Of a DNA stretch of 64,000 bases, positions 25,901 to 40,463 are shown in pieces. This DNA is from Podarcis pityusensis (Eukaryota), in the NCBI GenBank assembly GCA_964106645.2, contig OZ067048.1; one strand, given 5' to 3'. The translations under genes were made by a program, and so were the position numbers. Positions within the stretch are counted from its first letter, which is position 1. Each line of letters opens with the position of its first letter. The notes below the pieces were generated by a model that saw only the letters and a list, made by a program, of their open reading frames with translations, had not been told where the DNA came from and did no database searches.

Positions 25901-26261
25901 TTTTGAATCAACACATCCTAAAGCTTCAAGGTCATTTACAATAAATGTAGAAACCTGTAATCATTTATTTTTATTTTTTTTTGCATAATGCAAGTCTATT
26001 GCTAAAACTATTTTATTTATTTAAGGACCAAGATAGAACAAGAAATCTAAAAAGGGACACAGCATAGTTTGTAAGCTGAAAAATTGTAGAACATAGCTAC
26101 GTAAGGCTTTTCATCAGTGTTTGAAATTTGCCAGGTGGCAGGTGCATTTTGCACCTGGCTATTGGCCACTTGCAACCAAGTGAAGATGCCTAGGCGCCTG
26201 GATGCTGCCTGACATCTCCACCATCTGGAGGTGCAAGAAGCAGATCAATGACTACTTCTAC

Positions 26262-26555
26262 CAGGGGCGGAATTAGGTAACATGGCACCCTGAGTGAGGA
26301 CAAAATTTGGCATCCCCTGAAAAGGACAAATATATATGCGCCCCCTTCCGTTCTGTTTATACCCCCTCCCCAAATACTTATTATTTTCATAGTAATTCCT
26401 TTTGGCACAGTTGCTTATTTATGGAACTTCTCAGCAGATACCTGTATAACGATAGGCATCATCATCATCATCATCATTATTATTATCATTATTTTGCACC
26501 CCCTCAGCTTGGCGCCCTGAGCAGGGGAAGCACCCATACCACCCTAAATCTAGTG
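26262..26555. mobile_element. Non-autonomous DNA transposon remnant containing a (CAT)n(TAT)n microsatellite
   Basis: Begins CAGGGGCGGAATTAGG and ends ...CCCTAAATCTAGTG (degenerate inverted termini); internal ggcaccc/ggcgccc repeats. Confidence 0.5.
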
Positions 26556-27045
26556 CAGATACTACAACCTATGCCCCATTCCCAGACTATTTTGCTCCCA
26601 GGAGACTTTTCCAAGATAGTTCCAGACACTAGACACCTGTAGATTTATTAGATACAAATATAGCTAACCTCTCAAAACCTGTAACTGCCCTAGCAGTCAA
26701 TTCTGGATAGATATATACAGTACCTAACAAATTTTGCATTACGTTATTTCTTTTCAGTATGTTGAGAAGCCAATCTTCCATGTGCTTCCATCATGTATTG
26801 TGAGTGGTTCATATAGAAGAAGGAAGAGATTACTAAATTAGAGGTAAGTTTCAGAAATATGAATCAGCCTCTAGCATTATTTCTCCATTCATGTCAGCTG
26901 ATGAGGCCCTGCTTCCACTGCACTATTTCTTGCTGATGCTTGGCTTACACTAGGGATAGTACTGGAATAGCATACTTCCCTTGTCTATCATTTGTTCTGA
27001 ATAGATTTCCCATAGTGTACTTTGCCACTGATCCCAATGAAGGTC

Positions 27046-27228
27046 ATAGGAACACAAGAAACTGCCTTATACAGAGCCAGAGCATTGAGCCTATATAGTG
27101 ACTGGCAGTGGTTATTTATCCAGGGTTTTCAGAGAAAGGACTTTCACAATCCTACCTGGAGATGCTGGGATCTGAACCTGGAAGCTTCAGCATGCAAAAC
27201 ATGTGCTCTACCATGGATCTATGGCCCC
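27046..27228 (-). mobile_element. tRNA-derived SINE with CR1-like tail
   Basis: The minus strand begins GGGGCCATAGATCCATGGTAGAGCACATGTTTTGCATGCTGAAGCTTCCAGGTTCAGATCCCAGCATCTCCA (decayed tRNA head with A/B boxes) and ends ...TTCCTATG. Confidence 0.7.
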
Positions 27229-28671
27229 ACTTCTAAGTCAGTTCACTACTCATTCTATTCTGTTTCCTGTTTTAAATTTGAGTCTCTTATCAGGTCATGA
27301 GGAGATTATTAGGCTGAATTTAGAAGACTGGGGTGGGGGGAGAAAGAGAGAACAGGAAACAATAGGGAGTGCTTGACTAGAAAACCTGGTATCAATAATT
27401 GGCTGTATGAACAGAACTGGAATTTCCCTACTCTGCCGTAAAAATGGAAATCTTACAGGCAAATGAATCTGTACGGTTAGATTTCTAGAAAAGCAGTTTG
27501 TTGTCAGTCCTACAAGGTCTTTCATTTCCAGTTTCTAATGTGACGCTAGGGGCTGGAGGAATAGGCTTGGTTTATGGACCTTTTAGTTATGGATCATCTA
27601 ATTCTATCTCAAAGCTCCATGGCAGCATGAACATTACCTTTGTACTTTCTTGCATATTGCCACAGTAATATCACTGCCTACAGAGCTTATCTGTTATAAA
27701 CCATCGCATCTTTGACTGCAAGTCTCCAGTAATAAGAGCAGCATATTGAGAATAATCACATGAACTGGACTGTGTACTTTATTAGCTTCAGCAGAAATGC
27801 TTTTTTTTTCTTTAATCATATTATAAATTTGTTAGGGGACAGTCTATTGAATTCTCCACCCATTGAAATACATAGAGTTGCCCACTCCGAGGCAATTATG
27901 AAATCTGGAATATACCGGTAATCACTGACTTAATGACTCAATGAGACCATGATGAAATGTGGAGGTCAATGGTCTCTGCTCCTGACTAGGCTAGTCCCCC
28001 TTACAACCCTATAACAGCAAAGGTGAAGTTGTCAGTGTTTGGTGACACCATCACTAGTGTCCTTGAGTGTCCTTTTCTCATTAGGGAAAATGAAATAAAA
28101 GTGTCTCCCCAACTTGCCTGTGACACTAGTGACCCTTCAGTTGTGTTGCATGTTGCAGGCCCTTTACTTTGCCCCACAGATATCAATGGGAACCACTGAA
28201 ATTTATGACAATAAATTGCTACTGGGGTATGCAGCTGGGATGAGGAAATCCCTGAATCAAGTGACCTACTGTAAGTATTGTAGGGATTTTGCCTTACTTC
28301 CAAATGTGTTACCAAGAATAGTGAGATATTTCCTCTAATGAAAGTGAATGGCCTCTCTTTTGCCCTCACTCAATGGCTATAGATTTTGCCTCCACTCAAA
28401 TGGTGTCCTTGAGAGCTTTGGTTCATTTTCTGCCACACACACACAAAAAGGGAACTGTCACAGAATTAACTGGCTCCATTAATGTCTGTCGTGGAAGGTT
28501 ACAGATTGGGTCAAAAACAGGTGGCACTGTGGTAAGGTGGCTACCTAGATGGCTCAACCTTTCCCTTTGCCACCATGGTGAAAGGAGAGGAACCTCCCCT
28601 CCCCCCACTAACAAAGATACTTCTCCTTGCCTCCGTTACTCAGGGACAATGCTGCTGCTGAGGGAGATGGG

Positions 28672-28844
28672 GAGTGCTTTCTTTCTATAAAAATATTTAG
28701 GGGTACTCTCATTTTGACTCAAGAAAACCACCATTTGTAGTTCAAATTGGGAAAAATAAATACAGTAAATGGACCAAAGTACAAAGATTCACAAAATGTT
28801 TAGGGATACGCATACCCCTGTGTACCCCCAGAAAAAAAGCACTG
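28672..28844. mobile_element. hAT-type MITE
   Basis: Termini (G/C)AGTGCTTT...AAAGCACTG flanked by a perfect 8-bp TSD GAGATGGG (28664-28671 and 28845-28852). Confidence 0.88.
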
Positions 28845-29389
28845 GAGATGGGGAAGAGACAATGAGACTCACACCTGGTCTGCAGCAAAGCTCTTCTTGG
28901 TTCCCTTCCTTAGCCATGGCAACAGCCCTCAGATAGTGCTGGAAGGGGGAGACTAGTAAAGGTTTTTGACTCCCAGACAGCCTGGAAACTGGTAGTGTAT
29001 ATGTATTTATTAGATTTATATACTACCTCTGTGCCCAGGCACTTAAGGCAGTTTTTACTTTTAAAGTACTAAAACAAATATATTATATAAAATGTGGCAT
29101 GACAAAATCCTCTCAGGCTAAGTGGGAGATGATGGCACAAGCTTCCTGGACTGGGCTTTCATCTTTCCTCAGGGCACACAGAACTCCAGGAAGATAGGAG
29201 CTGCTCCAACATTTCTCTCAGGCCATAGAATGTTCTATCAGGAGCTGATGGAGTGTGTGCAACCTGGTCTGGGCTCCCTTACTTCTGCCTTCCCTTAGGG
29301 CACACAGGTCTTTCTTAAGTAGCTCCAGGGAAGATGGGGGAGGAGCTGCTTATGTAAGATAGAAGAATAGGGTTTCTGAGCAGTTAATG

Positions 29390-30000
29390 CAGGGTTGGGG
29401 AACCTCCTGCCCATAGGCCTAATTAGGCTCAGCACGGTTCCCAGTTTAGCTCAGGAGCATGTTTTATTCAAATCACAACCACTTTCCCCCATGCATGGTG
29501 TCATGTGGGACAGGTAAAAAACAATCTAAAGGAACAAGTGGAAACTTAAAGTGAGTTCCCGATTGTTCCCACTGGGAGATCCCTAATGCAGCTGATGGGG
29601 GTAGCTGTCAGTACTGATCAGCAGACTGGCACTGTCAGCAAGCCCCATTGAAGACACACTTTTGGCCCCAATAAACTCGCTGGTTTGCAGAGGAGAAATG
29701 ACTGTTTGCAGATGTGGTTTGAATTTTAACCACACCTGCGGATGGACTTCAAAGGTGCTCACTGTAACTGCCAATCAGCAGTTATAGCAACTCCCTTTGA
29801 AGGTGTGCTCTCAGCACCAGTCAGCTGATGGGTCCTGATGCTACATCATCAAAGGGGCTTGCAGTAACCATCTATCAGGTGATTGGAGGTTATAGTGAAC
29901 ATCTGCAAAGCCACATAACTTCATAACGATACAAGGTGGCCCCATTTACCTGTCAAAGTTGGTCTATGGGGGTGGGGTTAGGATCTAAAACATTGGCTGG
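29390..30000. mobile_element. Old hAT-like non-autonomous element (boundaries uncertain)
   Basis: Starts CAGGGTTGGGGAACCT, a hAT/Charlie-like terminus; the right end was not resolved. Confidence 0.4.
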
Positions 30001-31810
30001 ATCCATTTCATATACAATTTACTACAGATAAGGCACAGATAAGGCAATAAAATGTATGCTTCTGTTTTAGATGCTAAATTAACTAAAGCTGGGCTTATTA
30101 CATTGCTGATAATGATGGTGCTAGGAGCTAGCACATTAGCACAAAGACTTTTAATCACTAGGCTATATTTATATAACTGAACAACCCACCACTTGAAGTG
30201 TAAATCTCATTTGTCACTCTCAAACCTGCATCTTCAACAGACATCCAACAATCTAGTCTACATATTTTGTGTGACACTTATGCAGAAGAAAATAATAGGA
30301 CAAATTAAGTGTTGGCCTATGTATTCCATATGTCTAAAAGGTTTTGCTTTTGAAAGTTTTCTTATCCGCTAACACAGTTTATCTTTGTGCCTGTCCGATA
30401 ACTTCATTGGACAGCTAATTATTCAAGCTACATACAAAGACCGTTTATCTTTTGGTATATTCAAAAAACATACTTCTTCTTCCTGCTACACTTTCTTTGA
30501 GAACATAGAAATGGCACTGTTCATAAGTAGCTTGGTTGCAAACATATTCAGTTTCCATTCAGCATAAGATTGTAAAGTGATAGGAAGCTACATGAAAAGG
30601 ATGCAGTTGATGTTCATATGACATTTGTTTCTCCCTGAGACTTCCCCCTCCTAAACTATTGGACACTGAACCAGGAAAAGTATCTAAAAAGATACTAACT
30701 TAATGTTATTGCTCCCAAAATCTATCAACGCTAAAAGGAGGAGAGGAAAAGCAAAATAATAGGAAAAGGTTCACAATATAGAAAATTACATGTTGGAATG
30801 ACCAAGCAGGATATTCTCTTAATTTTCTATAAATCAGAATATTGATGTATTTTTAAATGCTATAAAATATAACTGCTGGCCTTTTATTTTATCAGGACTA
30901 CAGCATATGAATATCCTATTTAGATATAATTTCTGCATATGAAAATGCATACACCTTGTATACACAGAACCACAGAAGGCAAACTCGGTTGAGTCTATTT
31001 CAGAGGAAACCAATCAGAGTTTCTTACCATGTGCATGCAGCAAATTAGACAAGTGTCATTTGTCACATGTGACTGTTCATTAAACTGTGACAAGCAATTT
31101 CCTACATGGAAGTACTATCTGTGCAGGAAGTTCTAATGCATGAAGTGTACCCCAGTTTGTAACTATGGCCATGGAAGGGGAATGATTTAGTTGAGGCCAT
31201 ACAAATGAAAAGCATAAAGATGGAGAAAAAGGTCTGGGAGTAACAGCCATAGGGACTGAGAGCATGATCACAATCAGATCTCCAGTTTTTGAGCTTGAAC
31301 ATATTTTACCGTTTTCTCCTCAATGAGTGCAAGAAGCCTGCTTGTTTTAGTGTAAAGCCAGGATTCTGAGAATTTGGCAAATGTAAGCACATTTGCTGAT
31401 AGACAAACAGAATGCATGTTATGAAGCATGACTGTGATCATTCAGAGTTCTCTCTCTGGATAAAGAGTTTATTCAGAATATTCAGTTCTCTGATCACCAC
31501 TGTGCTTCTTTCTCATTCTGCTTTACCATTTAAACTAAGCCGGAGGGCAGAAGTGGCAATATTTGCCAAAACTCATGCCCACTCTCTTTCTTGAACTGGG
31601 CCTTATGAAGTGTTTTGGTTGTCACCATTCACCATTCAACCAAAAGATAATTTCTACACTATGCAGAGCCTCTTTTTCAGTCTGGTGAACTATAGTCATG
31701 AATTATTTCCTCAAATATGTTTCCAGCATGACAACACTACTTTATTTTATAAGATGTACTGGAGCTGAAAACACAGCAGGGTCAGCTGCAGTTGGCAGCT
31801 GTCCTGGGGT

Positions 31811-31814
31811 AAAA

Positions 31815-31863
<49 letters not shown>

Positions 31864-31870
31864 AAGAAAG
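31811..31870. repeat. (A)n(AG)n(AAAG)n compound microsatellite
   Basis: Direct reading. Confidence 0.95.
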
Positions 31871-33640
31871 AAGAAGTTGTGCATGCACCATCAGTAACAC
31901 CAAGTGCCATTAAACAGTTGTCAAAGATGAAATATATGTTTTCACGGAAGGGACAGAATGGTCTTAATGGAGAAACCTTTTAAAAAATGTCAGGTAGGGA
32001 CATTTCTCTTCTTAGTAAGGATTTTAAAAAACACAGCAAGGAATATGTCCATGGTCAGATGCTTTACATACATGACTTAGAAATTAATGAATGCACAACT
32101 TATGGAATTTGTGTCATTCTAGCATGTAGGACACTTTCTTTTCCATCACTCAGTTTTTGCTACTACTGTTCTGTTAACCTAAATACATAGCTTTAAATGC
32201 TCTAATTCAAACTCACAGGTGCATAACTCATGCAGATGCACAAATTATGCAAGCTGAAAACAGGAAATGTTTCATGTCATTGAAAAGTATGATATAAATT
32301 ATGTGCTAAATATTTTTCTTAGGAGAAAATATATCTTGCAGGAAAAACTGCTAGAAATACAATTCAGATTAGTCTAATAGGCAAAATATTTGCATTCAAT
32401 TTGATTTAGATGTTGGCTGAAGAGAAATAATTGGAAAGAGAATGTTCTTTCTGTTGGCAAGATTTTCCACTGCTCTTTCTCATCTTATGATGCCAAATTA
32501 CATGTTTTCCTCTATGCAGTGGCACAACACGGACAAGTTGCTAGGGTGCCAAAAGTCTCCAAATGTAATTTTTGAATACATTATCTGTGATAAAACATTT
32601 TATGTACTATATATTCTTTAGTAAAAGAGATATTGAACACATTATGAAGCTTTTTTTTCCTTTAAAAAAATAACTGTTTAAATGGTTTGTTCAAGCAGGA
32701 TTATTTTTCTCACACAGAGGTTTGTGTTGGAATACAGAATATGAAACAATCTCCTCAAGATATTTTGTGTTCAACATAAAATATTTAAAATGTCTCATTT
32801 CCAAGAGGGAGTTCATGACAGATGTGTTATTTTCTCCCTCTCCATTTTTAACAGCATTGTTGTGTCTAATTAGCCCCATTGATTTACCCATGACAGTATG
32901 AACTTTTTAAGAGGAAAGAAAAAGTAGATCATGGTGTTTGAAGCAAAGAACAATCTATGACAAAGTGAAGAAAGGCCCTGATTTTAGGTGTTTTACAACA
33001 AAGTCCTCAAGTAGCCCAGAGAGCTTTCACTTATTTATGCACCACCATATGATACAGGCTTTTGCCTGTAGCATTACAAATCATAGACAGGCTTGATACA
33101 AAATGTTCTCCAGGTGTTAACAGACCAACTGCGCCACTATTTCTTATTTATGTACTGTCTAGTAATAGAAGACAAATTGCTATAGATGTGGCAAATGTGA
33201 TTAAACTGGTATTCAGAAGTCAAAAGGGAGACATACTTGTAGGTTACATTATATGACATTTTCTGTAGGCTCAGAACTGTTATTTTGAAGACAAATGTGA
33301 AATGAAAATGTTCAACAATTCCTTCCAATCCCACAGTTGGAACTTCTAGTTTGTACTGAGAATTCAGCCCCACGGGCATTGAAACTAGAAAAACAAAACA
33401 AAAACATCCTTGTTTCCTTCTCGCACAATGACAATGTTAAATGAATATTAGCATAGAAAGAAATAACAAAATGGAATTTATATGGCAAAATTATTTTTCT
33501 TGAAACTGTAAGAAGAAGCAAAGTTAGTGAGCTAACAGGGCACTAGAAGCAGTGAATTCATCTGCATTAATAATGAGTAAAATTAAGAAGAGTAAAGTTT
33601 GTCTTAAAAGTTTCAATTAAAACATACACTATTTCTTTCA

Positions 33641-33852
33641 NNNNNNNNNNNNNNNNNNNNNNNNNNNNNNNNNNNNNNNNNNNNNNNNNNNNNNNNNNNN
33701 NNNNNNNNNNNNNNNNNNNNNNNNNNNNNNNNNNNNNNNNNNNNNNNNNNNNNNNNNNNNNNNNNNNNNNNNNNNNNNNNNNNNNNNNNNNNNNNNNNNN
33801 NNNNNNNNNNNNNNNNNNNNNNNNNNNNNNNNNNNNNNNNNNNNNNNNNNNN
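33641..33852. other. Assembly gap
   Basis: Run of N. Confidence 1.
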
Positions 33853-35659
33853 TGATTAATCAAAAATGTATCTTGAATCTTGAGAACAAGCTACAAGCAG
33901 GCACACACAAAAAAAGAATATGCTCTCGATCTCGCTTATCGACTCAAGAGGTATATTGAATTTAGAAATAGCAAATAGAATAAAATGATCAATATGTTCT
34001 CACTTGTCCATGGAAGAGCAAACTTTATCCCTCAAGCAAAAAACATTGATCATGTAAATGTTTGAGATGTTTTTTAGTTTTTAAAAAAGCAAAAACATAT
34101 TTGTGGGCAAGGAGAGCAGCATTAGAGAGGTACATTTATTATATAACCGCACAGAAAAGTGTAGAAATAATATTGGAATATATGAATGTGCTCGTGAGCT
34201 ATAGCCAAGTTCTTTATACAACTTTGAACTGCTATAGCATGGGAGTTTGTAGCCTGTTGCCAAAAGATCTTAATAAAACATTATAAAGTGGATTTTAAAA
34301 CTTAATGAAGTCACATAATATGTTTCAGAAAAAGCTCCCTGTCTTAATTTAAATGAGAAGCAGTTACAATATATCCCCCATGCACTGTTTACAATTTATA
34401 ATTTATGCCTCTATTCAAAATACACTACTTTCTTCAGTCATCTGCTAAGTGATATGATTAGCATTTGAATATCATAAAATTTTACTTTTCAATTGTCAGA
34501 ATAGAAGCTTTTAAGCTTTTAATGTTTTCATTCACTTTTTAAAGAACAGTACTTTACTGAAGTCTAATTAATAATGAGAAAAATAATATCATGAGAACCA
34601 CCTATGCTCATTGCAAAATGGGTATAACTTTATCTCCACAACAGCACTTAATTCTTTTACATTCTTTTCTGATTACCTACTGCTTAGGGTACAAGCCTTT
34701 TGTTTCCACATAGTCCTCTTATTCTAGCAGAGAACTACTGTATGTCCTTTGGTCTCTGTTGACACGACAAACAAACTTTCATAGCATGTGCTCTACATAA
34801 AATGGTGGTACTAATTAGAAGATATAAACTCATGCTGAGACATAATATGAATTGGTTTTATGCATCTACTAAGCTCACAGCAGTATTAGATTTATGGTGC
34901 CAACATCTCCAAGTAATATTCAACTCTCCCCCTCTCAAATTTCAAAACTACCTAGAAATAAGGGAACATTGATTTTATTTCTTGATGTAACAGCCAAACT
35001 TCACTAATCCACACTTCAGTAATCTGAATATTTAAAACATATCTCCAAGAAACTAATTTCTACAGCTTTTCTGCAAATATTTAGCACCGCAAAGCTATAG
35101 TGGAGGTGACCTATATAACTGAACATATTTAACCAAGTGCAAGAATGAGCAGCTGTCAAAGGGCATGGTAAGAAGTCAGTGAATCTTCATGGTGCTTGGA
35201 TCCAGAAAACCACATCCTCTTCCTACCTGTATATAGCACCATTCTTCCCTTTCCTAGCAGTTTAGCTATACTGCAATCACTTGATTTGAATTTAGTATCA
35301 TGATGCTGGGCTTAATATTGGTGACCCTTTTGTATTTTGATTAGTTTTTATGATGTGAAGCAATCTTAAGTGGGTTTTAAAAATTTGAAAGAAATAGGAG
35401 CGAACCCTGTTTTGCTACCTGAGGCAAGACAGGAAGTTGTTCCCACTGAAGCCTCGCTTACTGGGGTCACGTGGTTGCTTCTGGTGAGATCTTATGAGAT
35501 CTTGCATAATTCTCAGAATATTTGGCTGGAAGGTGCAGCTACATGACTCTGGTGGTGGCAGGGGTGGGGCGGGGGGGTTCCCATGGGGGCACGGCCCTGC
35601 AGAGTTCCACTGCCCAAGGCAGCGGCTTAAGTCATATGATACAGCATCCACATTAGGTT

Positions 35660-35775
35660 GTCTTTATTTTTATTATTATGATGTATATGTGTTTTTAAAT
35701 TGTAACTTCATGTTGTGAACCGCCCTGAGATCTACAGGTATCGGGCAGTCTACAATTATTATTATTATTATTAAT
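35660..35775 (+). mobile_element. L2-type LINE/SINE 3' tail
   Basis: tgtgaaccgccctgag...gggcagtctacaattattattatt resembles the 3' end of the L2 copy at ~40360-40463. Confidence 0.55.
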
Positions 35776-36561
35776 ATTATTCTAAACATATTGTCTCAGA
35801 AGTAAATAAACTACACTGATTTTACTGGAAGACTACAGAAGCCACATATTTGCAAAGGAATCCCAACATTTACCCAAACAAATAGTTTCAGGAATGTGGC
35901 ATTAGGACTTGGGCATGCACCACCACAATATTTAACCACTGAAGATAAGCTGTAGTTCTCCCCATAAGATTTTCACCTTCTCCAGTGAACTGCTTTTAGC
36001 TACCATGAAGAGATCACTCTGGGATAATACACAGACATAAGCCACCAGCATCCTGATCTGGGTTCCACAGTATGAGAAGCTGCAATGTTCCATATTACCT
36101 TTACGTGACAAATGGCAATTGTTAAGAGCAGCAGGGTACATTTATACAGCACTCTTTCCCCTTTCATGTGAATAACTATTCTGAAGGCTCCAGATCAAGA
36201 GTTCCACCTTATTGCAGACCTGAAAAATTGTAGCAGATTTTGAGGTCTTTTGGGGGCCAGTAGCTTATGTTTGCCCCACATAAGTAACAGCTACAAAATA
36301 CATAAATTGAGCAATTTTACTAGCCCAACTTCTGTTGTAACAAGCATGTTATCACTTGTTAAAGAGTTCTGTGTAATTCATTGTCTTCATCCTTGATTAC
36401 CAATAGAGCCTTGGCCGATATAGATATCTTACCTATTTTGTTTCTGTACGTTAGTGTCACTTACAACATCTCCATGGTGTATTTACAGGTTGCATGATGG
36501 TAGCTTCCTACGTGCTTATCTTACAGAAACTAACATGAATTGAAGCACTAGACATCCCAGC

Positions 36562-36979
36562 NNNNNNNNNNNNNNNNNNNNNNNNNNNNNNNNNNNNNNN
36601 NNNNNNNNNNNNNNNNNNNNNNNNNNNNNNNNNNNNNNNNNNNNNNNNNNNNNNNNNNNNNNNNNNNNNNNNNNNNNNNNNNNNNNNNNNNNNNNNNNNN
36701 NNNNNNNNNNNNNNNNNNNNNNNNNNNNNNNNNNNNNNNNNNNNNNNNNNNNNNNNNNNNNNNNNNNNNNNNNNNNNNNNNNNNNNNNNNNNNNNNNNNN
36801 NNNNNNNNNNNNNNNNNNNNNNNNNNNNNNNNNNNNNNNNNNNNNNNNNNNNNNNNNNNNNNNNNNNNNNNNNNNNNNNNNNNNNNNNNNNNNNNNNNNN
36901 NNNNNNNNNNNNNNNNNNNNNNNNNNNNNNNNNNNNNNNNNNNNNNNNNNNNNNNNNNNNNNNNNNNNNNNNNNNNNNN
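36562..36979. other. Assembly gap
   Basis: Run of N. Confidence 1.
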
Positions 36980-39529
36980 CTACATTATGCACGTAATTAC
37001 TGTAAATACAGCCGAGACTGGAGAAGCATCATTTAAGGTTAGGCACTACCATGTATGGAGTATGGGGTCAAGACAACACATTTGGAATCAATTTCTTCCC
37101 ATTACAGAAGAAAATAAATATCACAAAAACAATCATGTGATGCCATTCCAATATCTATACTTTGAGGAATATTATTTTAAGCACACTCATAAGTAAATCT
37201 GACTGTTTTTAGTAGGTCTTACATCCTGAACCAACATGTTTATTCAGAAACCTTAGGAATTCCAGTGGAAGCTATTCGGCTATGTATGCTTAGGTTGCAG
37301 CTTCTGATTCAGCAGAGAAACCCATTCCTAGCTAATTACATCACCTTGTATGTGTTTTAGAAGAAAGACTGGATGGTTTTCTAATCTTGCAAACCATTTA
37401 CCATGAACAATAATTTCAACATCTGTTGCCTTTCATAATCTGAAGCTATATAACAGTATTGTCATGTCACCATAAGCATGCCTCAGAAGTGTAAAAAGGT
37501 GAAATTATTAATATGATGAATCTTTTCATTCACTTTTTAATTTTTGACATTTCTGCTGTGTTTTTAAAGTCCCCCCAGAAATCCTTTGAAGATGAAAATG
37601 TTTCCTTGAAAAAAATCACATAAAAAAGCAGAAAATACTTAATTCAACTGTATAATGCAACAGTAAAACTTTATAACCTGATGTAAGTGTTTTATTTTAA
37701 GCTTAAAGCTGCTATGATTGTGATTATATGCCAATGATCACAAATTACCTCAAACAGGAATGTTTAGCCACCTATGAAGTGGCAAAGATAACCCACAACA
37801 CCAAGCCATATTTTCCCCACATAGTTTTATCCATGTTCATTTTTCCCTTTTCCATCACTGTATTTACTTAATTCCTGATATAGATTGCAATCCTATAAAA
37901 CACCCTGTGATCTTTGATTGGTATATAAATTTAATTTTTAAAATTCCAATTCATTAAAATTAGTATGAATTTCATCATTTATTTAAGCTGAATGTGGGTT
38001 TTATCACATATTTTGGTATGGTTTGAGTAAGGAGATGACAGCAGCTAAGGGGTTGGAACTGAGATGCCCACCTGAAAATTGAAGTGATTAAGAGGGGAGT
38101 GTGTGTGTTCAAACATTCAAAGTGAGAATGTTTGATTGTCAAGAAACACAGTTGACTTCCGGGGGAGGGATCATGGCAGACTGAAGGTCTCTCATTGGCT
38201 CCTCACCAACAGAGATAGCACAGTCGCGTTTGATGCCAGATCAAGACGTCTCTCCATCCATGGCTTCATTCCACTCCTCCAGCATCACAACTCCACCATT
38301 TGACTGTTTCATTCATCCAAAAACCAGTGTGAAGGACTTGCCCATTTCACCACCTGTTCCCTCCCTGTTTGATTCTGCTTTCCATTTCATTCATCTCTGG
38401 TTTACTTTCATTCTCGATTAGATCAAACTTTGTTCTAATCCATTTTATTTGCTCATCAAACATTTGCTGAAGGTGGCCAACAGTGGAATGTCCAAAGATA
38501 TACTTGTTATACTGAATGTTTTTGATCTTATTAACAATTCAGTCTCATTACATCGCCCGTCTCCACCTTAAGATCTTCACAGCATTATCTCTTATTAGAG
38601 TAAACTCTTTTCCCACAGAGGAAGCATCAAGTGAAGATTTACTTTCAATTTATAGGCAACACTTTTGTTGAGAAAACAACGAACTTTCTTGATTTAAACA
38701 ATTAAAGCAGACGTTTTCTTCTGCCTTCAGCCCTTTAACAACCAACTTCCCTTCCCTTATTGTAGCCAGAAAGCAACTCACACGCCAAATGTAAATTTCC
38801 ACCAGCAGACAGAGAAATCTCATTTTCGATATATGAATTATAAGCATCTCAGGAATAATTAAGAAAGAGAGGCTTTTGCAGATCCAATGCTCATCAGGGC
38901 TCTTATGTGGTTCCCAGGAGCTGACAGTTTCTTGGTGTCTTGACACAGAAAATGACTGTTTCAGAGCATCAGAGGTTAACCACCTGTTCACTCTGTTTTC
39001 CAGACTGAATTCAATAGCCAAAATTTATGTCTGGCTGTCATCAATCACCACACAGTTATATCCATTGGCAGCTTGCTAACAAAAGACATTCATTCCCCCA
39101 TGTTCCTCCCCCTTCTAACCCTAGAAAGTCTTACGTGTGCTACTGGTTTGATTAACACTTGGGTATGAAAGGTGATATTCTCAGACTGAAAGGGCAATGG
39201 CACCACAGGCTCTTCTTCTGGAGGGGCATCTGGACCTGGACCTGTATGCAATTCCCCTTCTGACTCCAAATTCTCAACCACAACCCCTGAAGAAGGGGAA
39301 GACATTGCGCCAAAAAGTTGTGATGGAAGTCTGGTTCAATCTTGAGTATCCGTGTGTTAGAGAATTGTTAAGCCATGTTATATCCAAAAGAGCTTGCAGA
39401 AACAGCTTGCAGAGACCCAAGTTTGGGAAATCCTGATATAGAATGTCCTTTGGAAGCAGGGGAGAATGGCGGAGCACAATGGGGAAAGGTTTACATATTG
39501 GGAAAGCTGGCACAAATGGACATTAGCAG

Positions 39530-40415
39530 GGTGAAGTGAACAGACTGGCTGTTAATTGGCTGTGTGAGTGTCTGGAGGCAGTTGGTGGATGGATGGCGGC
39601 TAACAGATTGAGGCTGAATCCTGACAAGAAGTACTGTTTTTGAGGGAAAGGGGGCGGGCTGGTATGCGGGACTCCCTGGTCTTGAATGGGGTAACTGTGC
39701 CCCTGAAGGACCAGATGCACAGCCTGGGAGTCATTTTGGACTCACAACTGTCATGGAGACGCAGGTCAATTCTGTGTCCAGAGCAGCTGTTTACCAGCTC
39801 CATCTGGTATGCAGGCTAAGACCCTACCTGCCCGTGGACTGTCTTGCCAGAGTGGTGCATGCTCTAGTTATCTCTCGCTTGGACTACTGCAACGCGCTCT
39901 ACATGGGGCTTTGAAGGTGACCCAGAAACTACAACTAATCCAGAATGTGGCAGCTAGACTGGTGACTGGCAGTGGCCGCCAAGACCCTATAACACCAGTC
40001 CTAAAGGATCTTCACTGGCTCCCAGTATGTTTCCGAGCACAATTCAAAGTGTTGGTGCTGACCTATAAAGCCCTAAACAGCCTCGGACCAGTATTTCTGA
40101 AGGAGCACCTCCACCCCCATCATTCAGCACGGAAACTGAGGTCTAGCACTGAGGGCCTTCTGGCGGTTCCCTCACTGCAAGAAGTGAGGTTACAGGGAAC
40201 CTGGCAGAGGGCCATTTCGGTAGTGGCTGCCACCCTGTGGAATGCCCTCCCATCAGATATCAAAGAAATAAACAACTGACTTTTAGAAGACATCTGAAGG
40301 CAGCCCTGTTTAGGGAAGTTTTTAATGTCTGATGTTTTAGCGTGTTTTTAATATTCTGTTGGGAGCTGCCCAGAGTGGCTGGGGCAACCCAGCCAGATGG
40401 GAGGCGTATAAATAA

Positions 40416-40463
<48 letters not shown>
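39530..40463 (+). mobile_element. 5'-truncated L2-clade LINE with (ATT)n tail
   Basis: Encodes WMAANRLRLNPDK, LDYCNAL and KLQLIQNVAARLVTG...ITPVLKDLHWLPVCFRAQFKVLVLTYKALN...LWNALP, typical of the L2/CR1-group ORF2 C-terminus, with frameshifts. Ends in (ATT)n at 40416-40463. Confidence 0.9.

Noticed and set aside
27150-27228. tRNA gene
   Set aside because: Degenerate A/B boxes and continuity with a SINE body and tail; it is a SINE head.
38150-39080. Possible very old LINE fragments
   Set aside because: Only faint motif resemblance; I cannot assign a family or boundaries by eye.
39809-40279. 156-aa ORF as a host gene
   Set aside because: It is a frameshifted L2 LINE ORF2 remnant.
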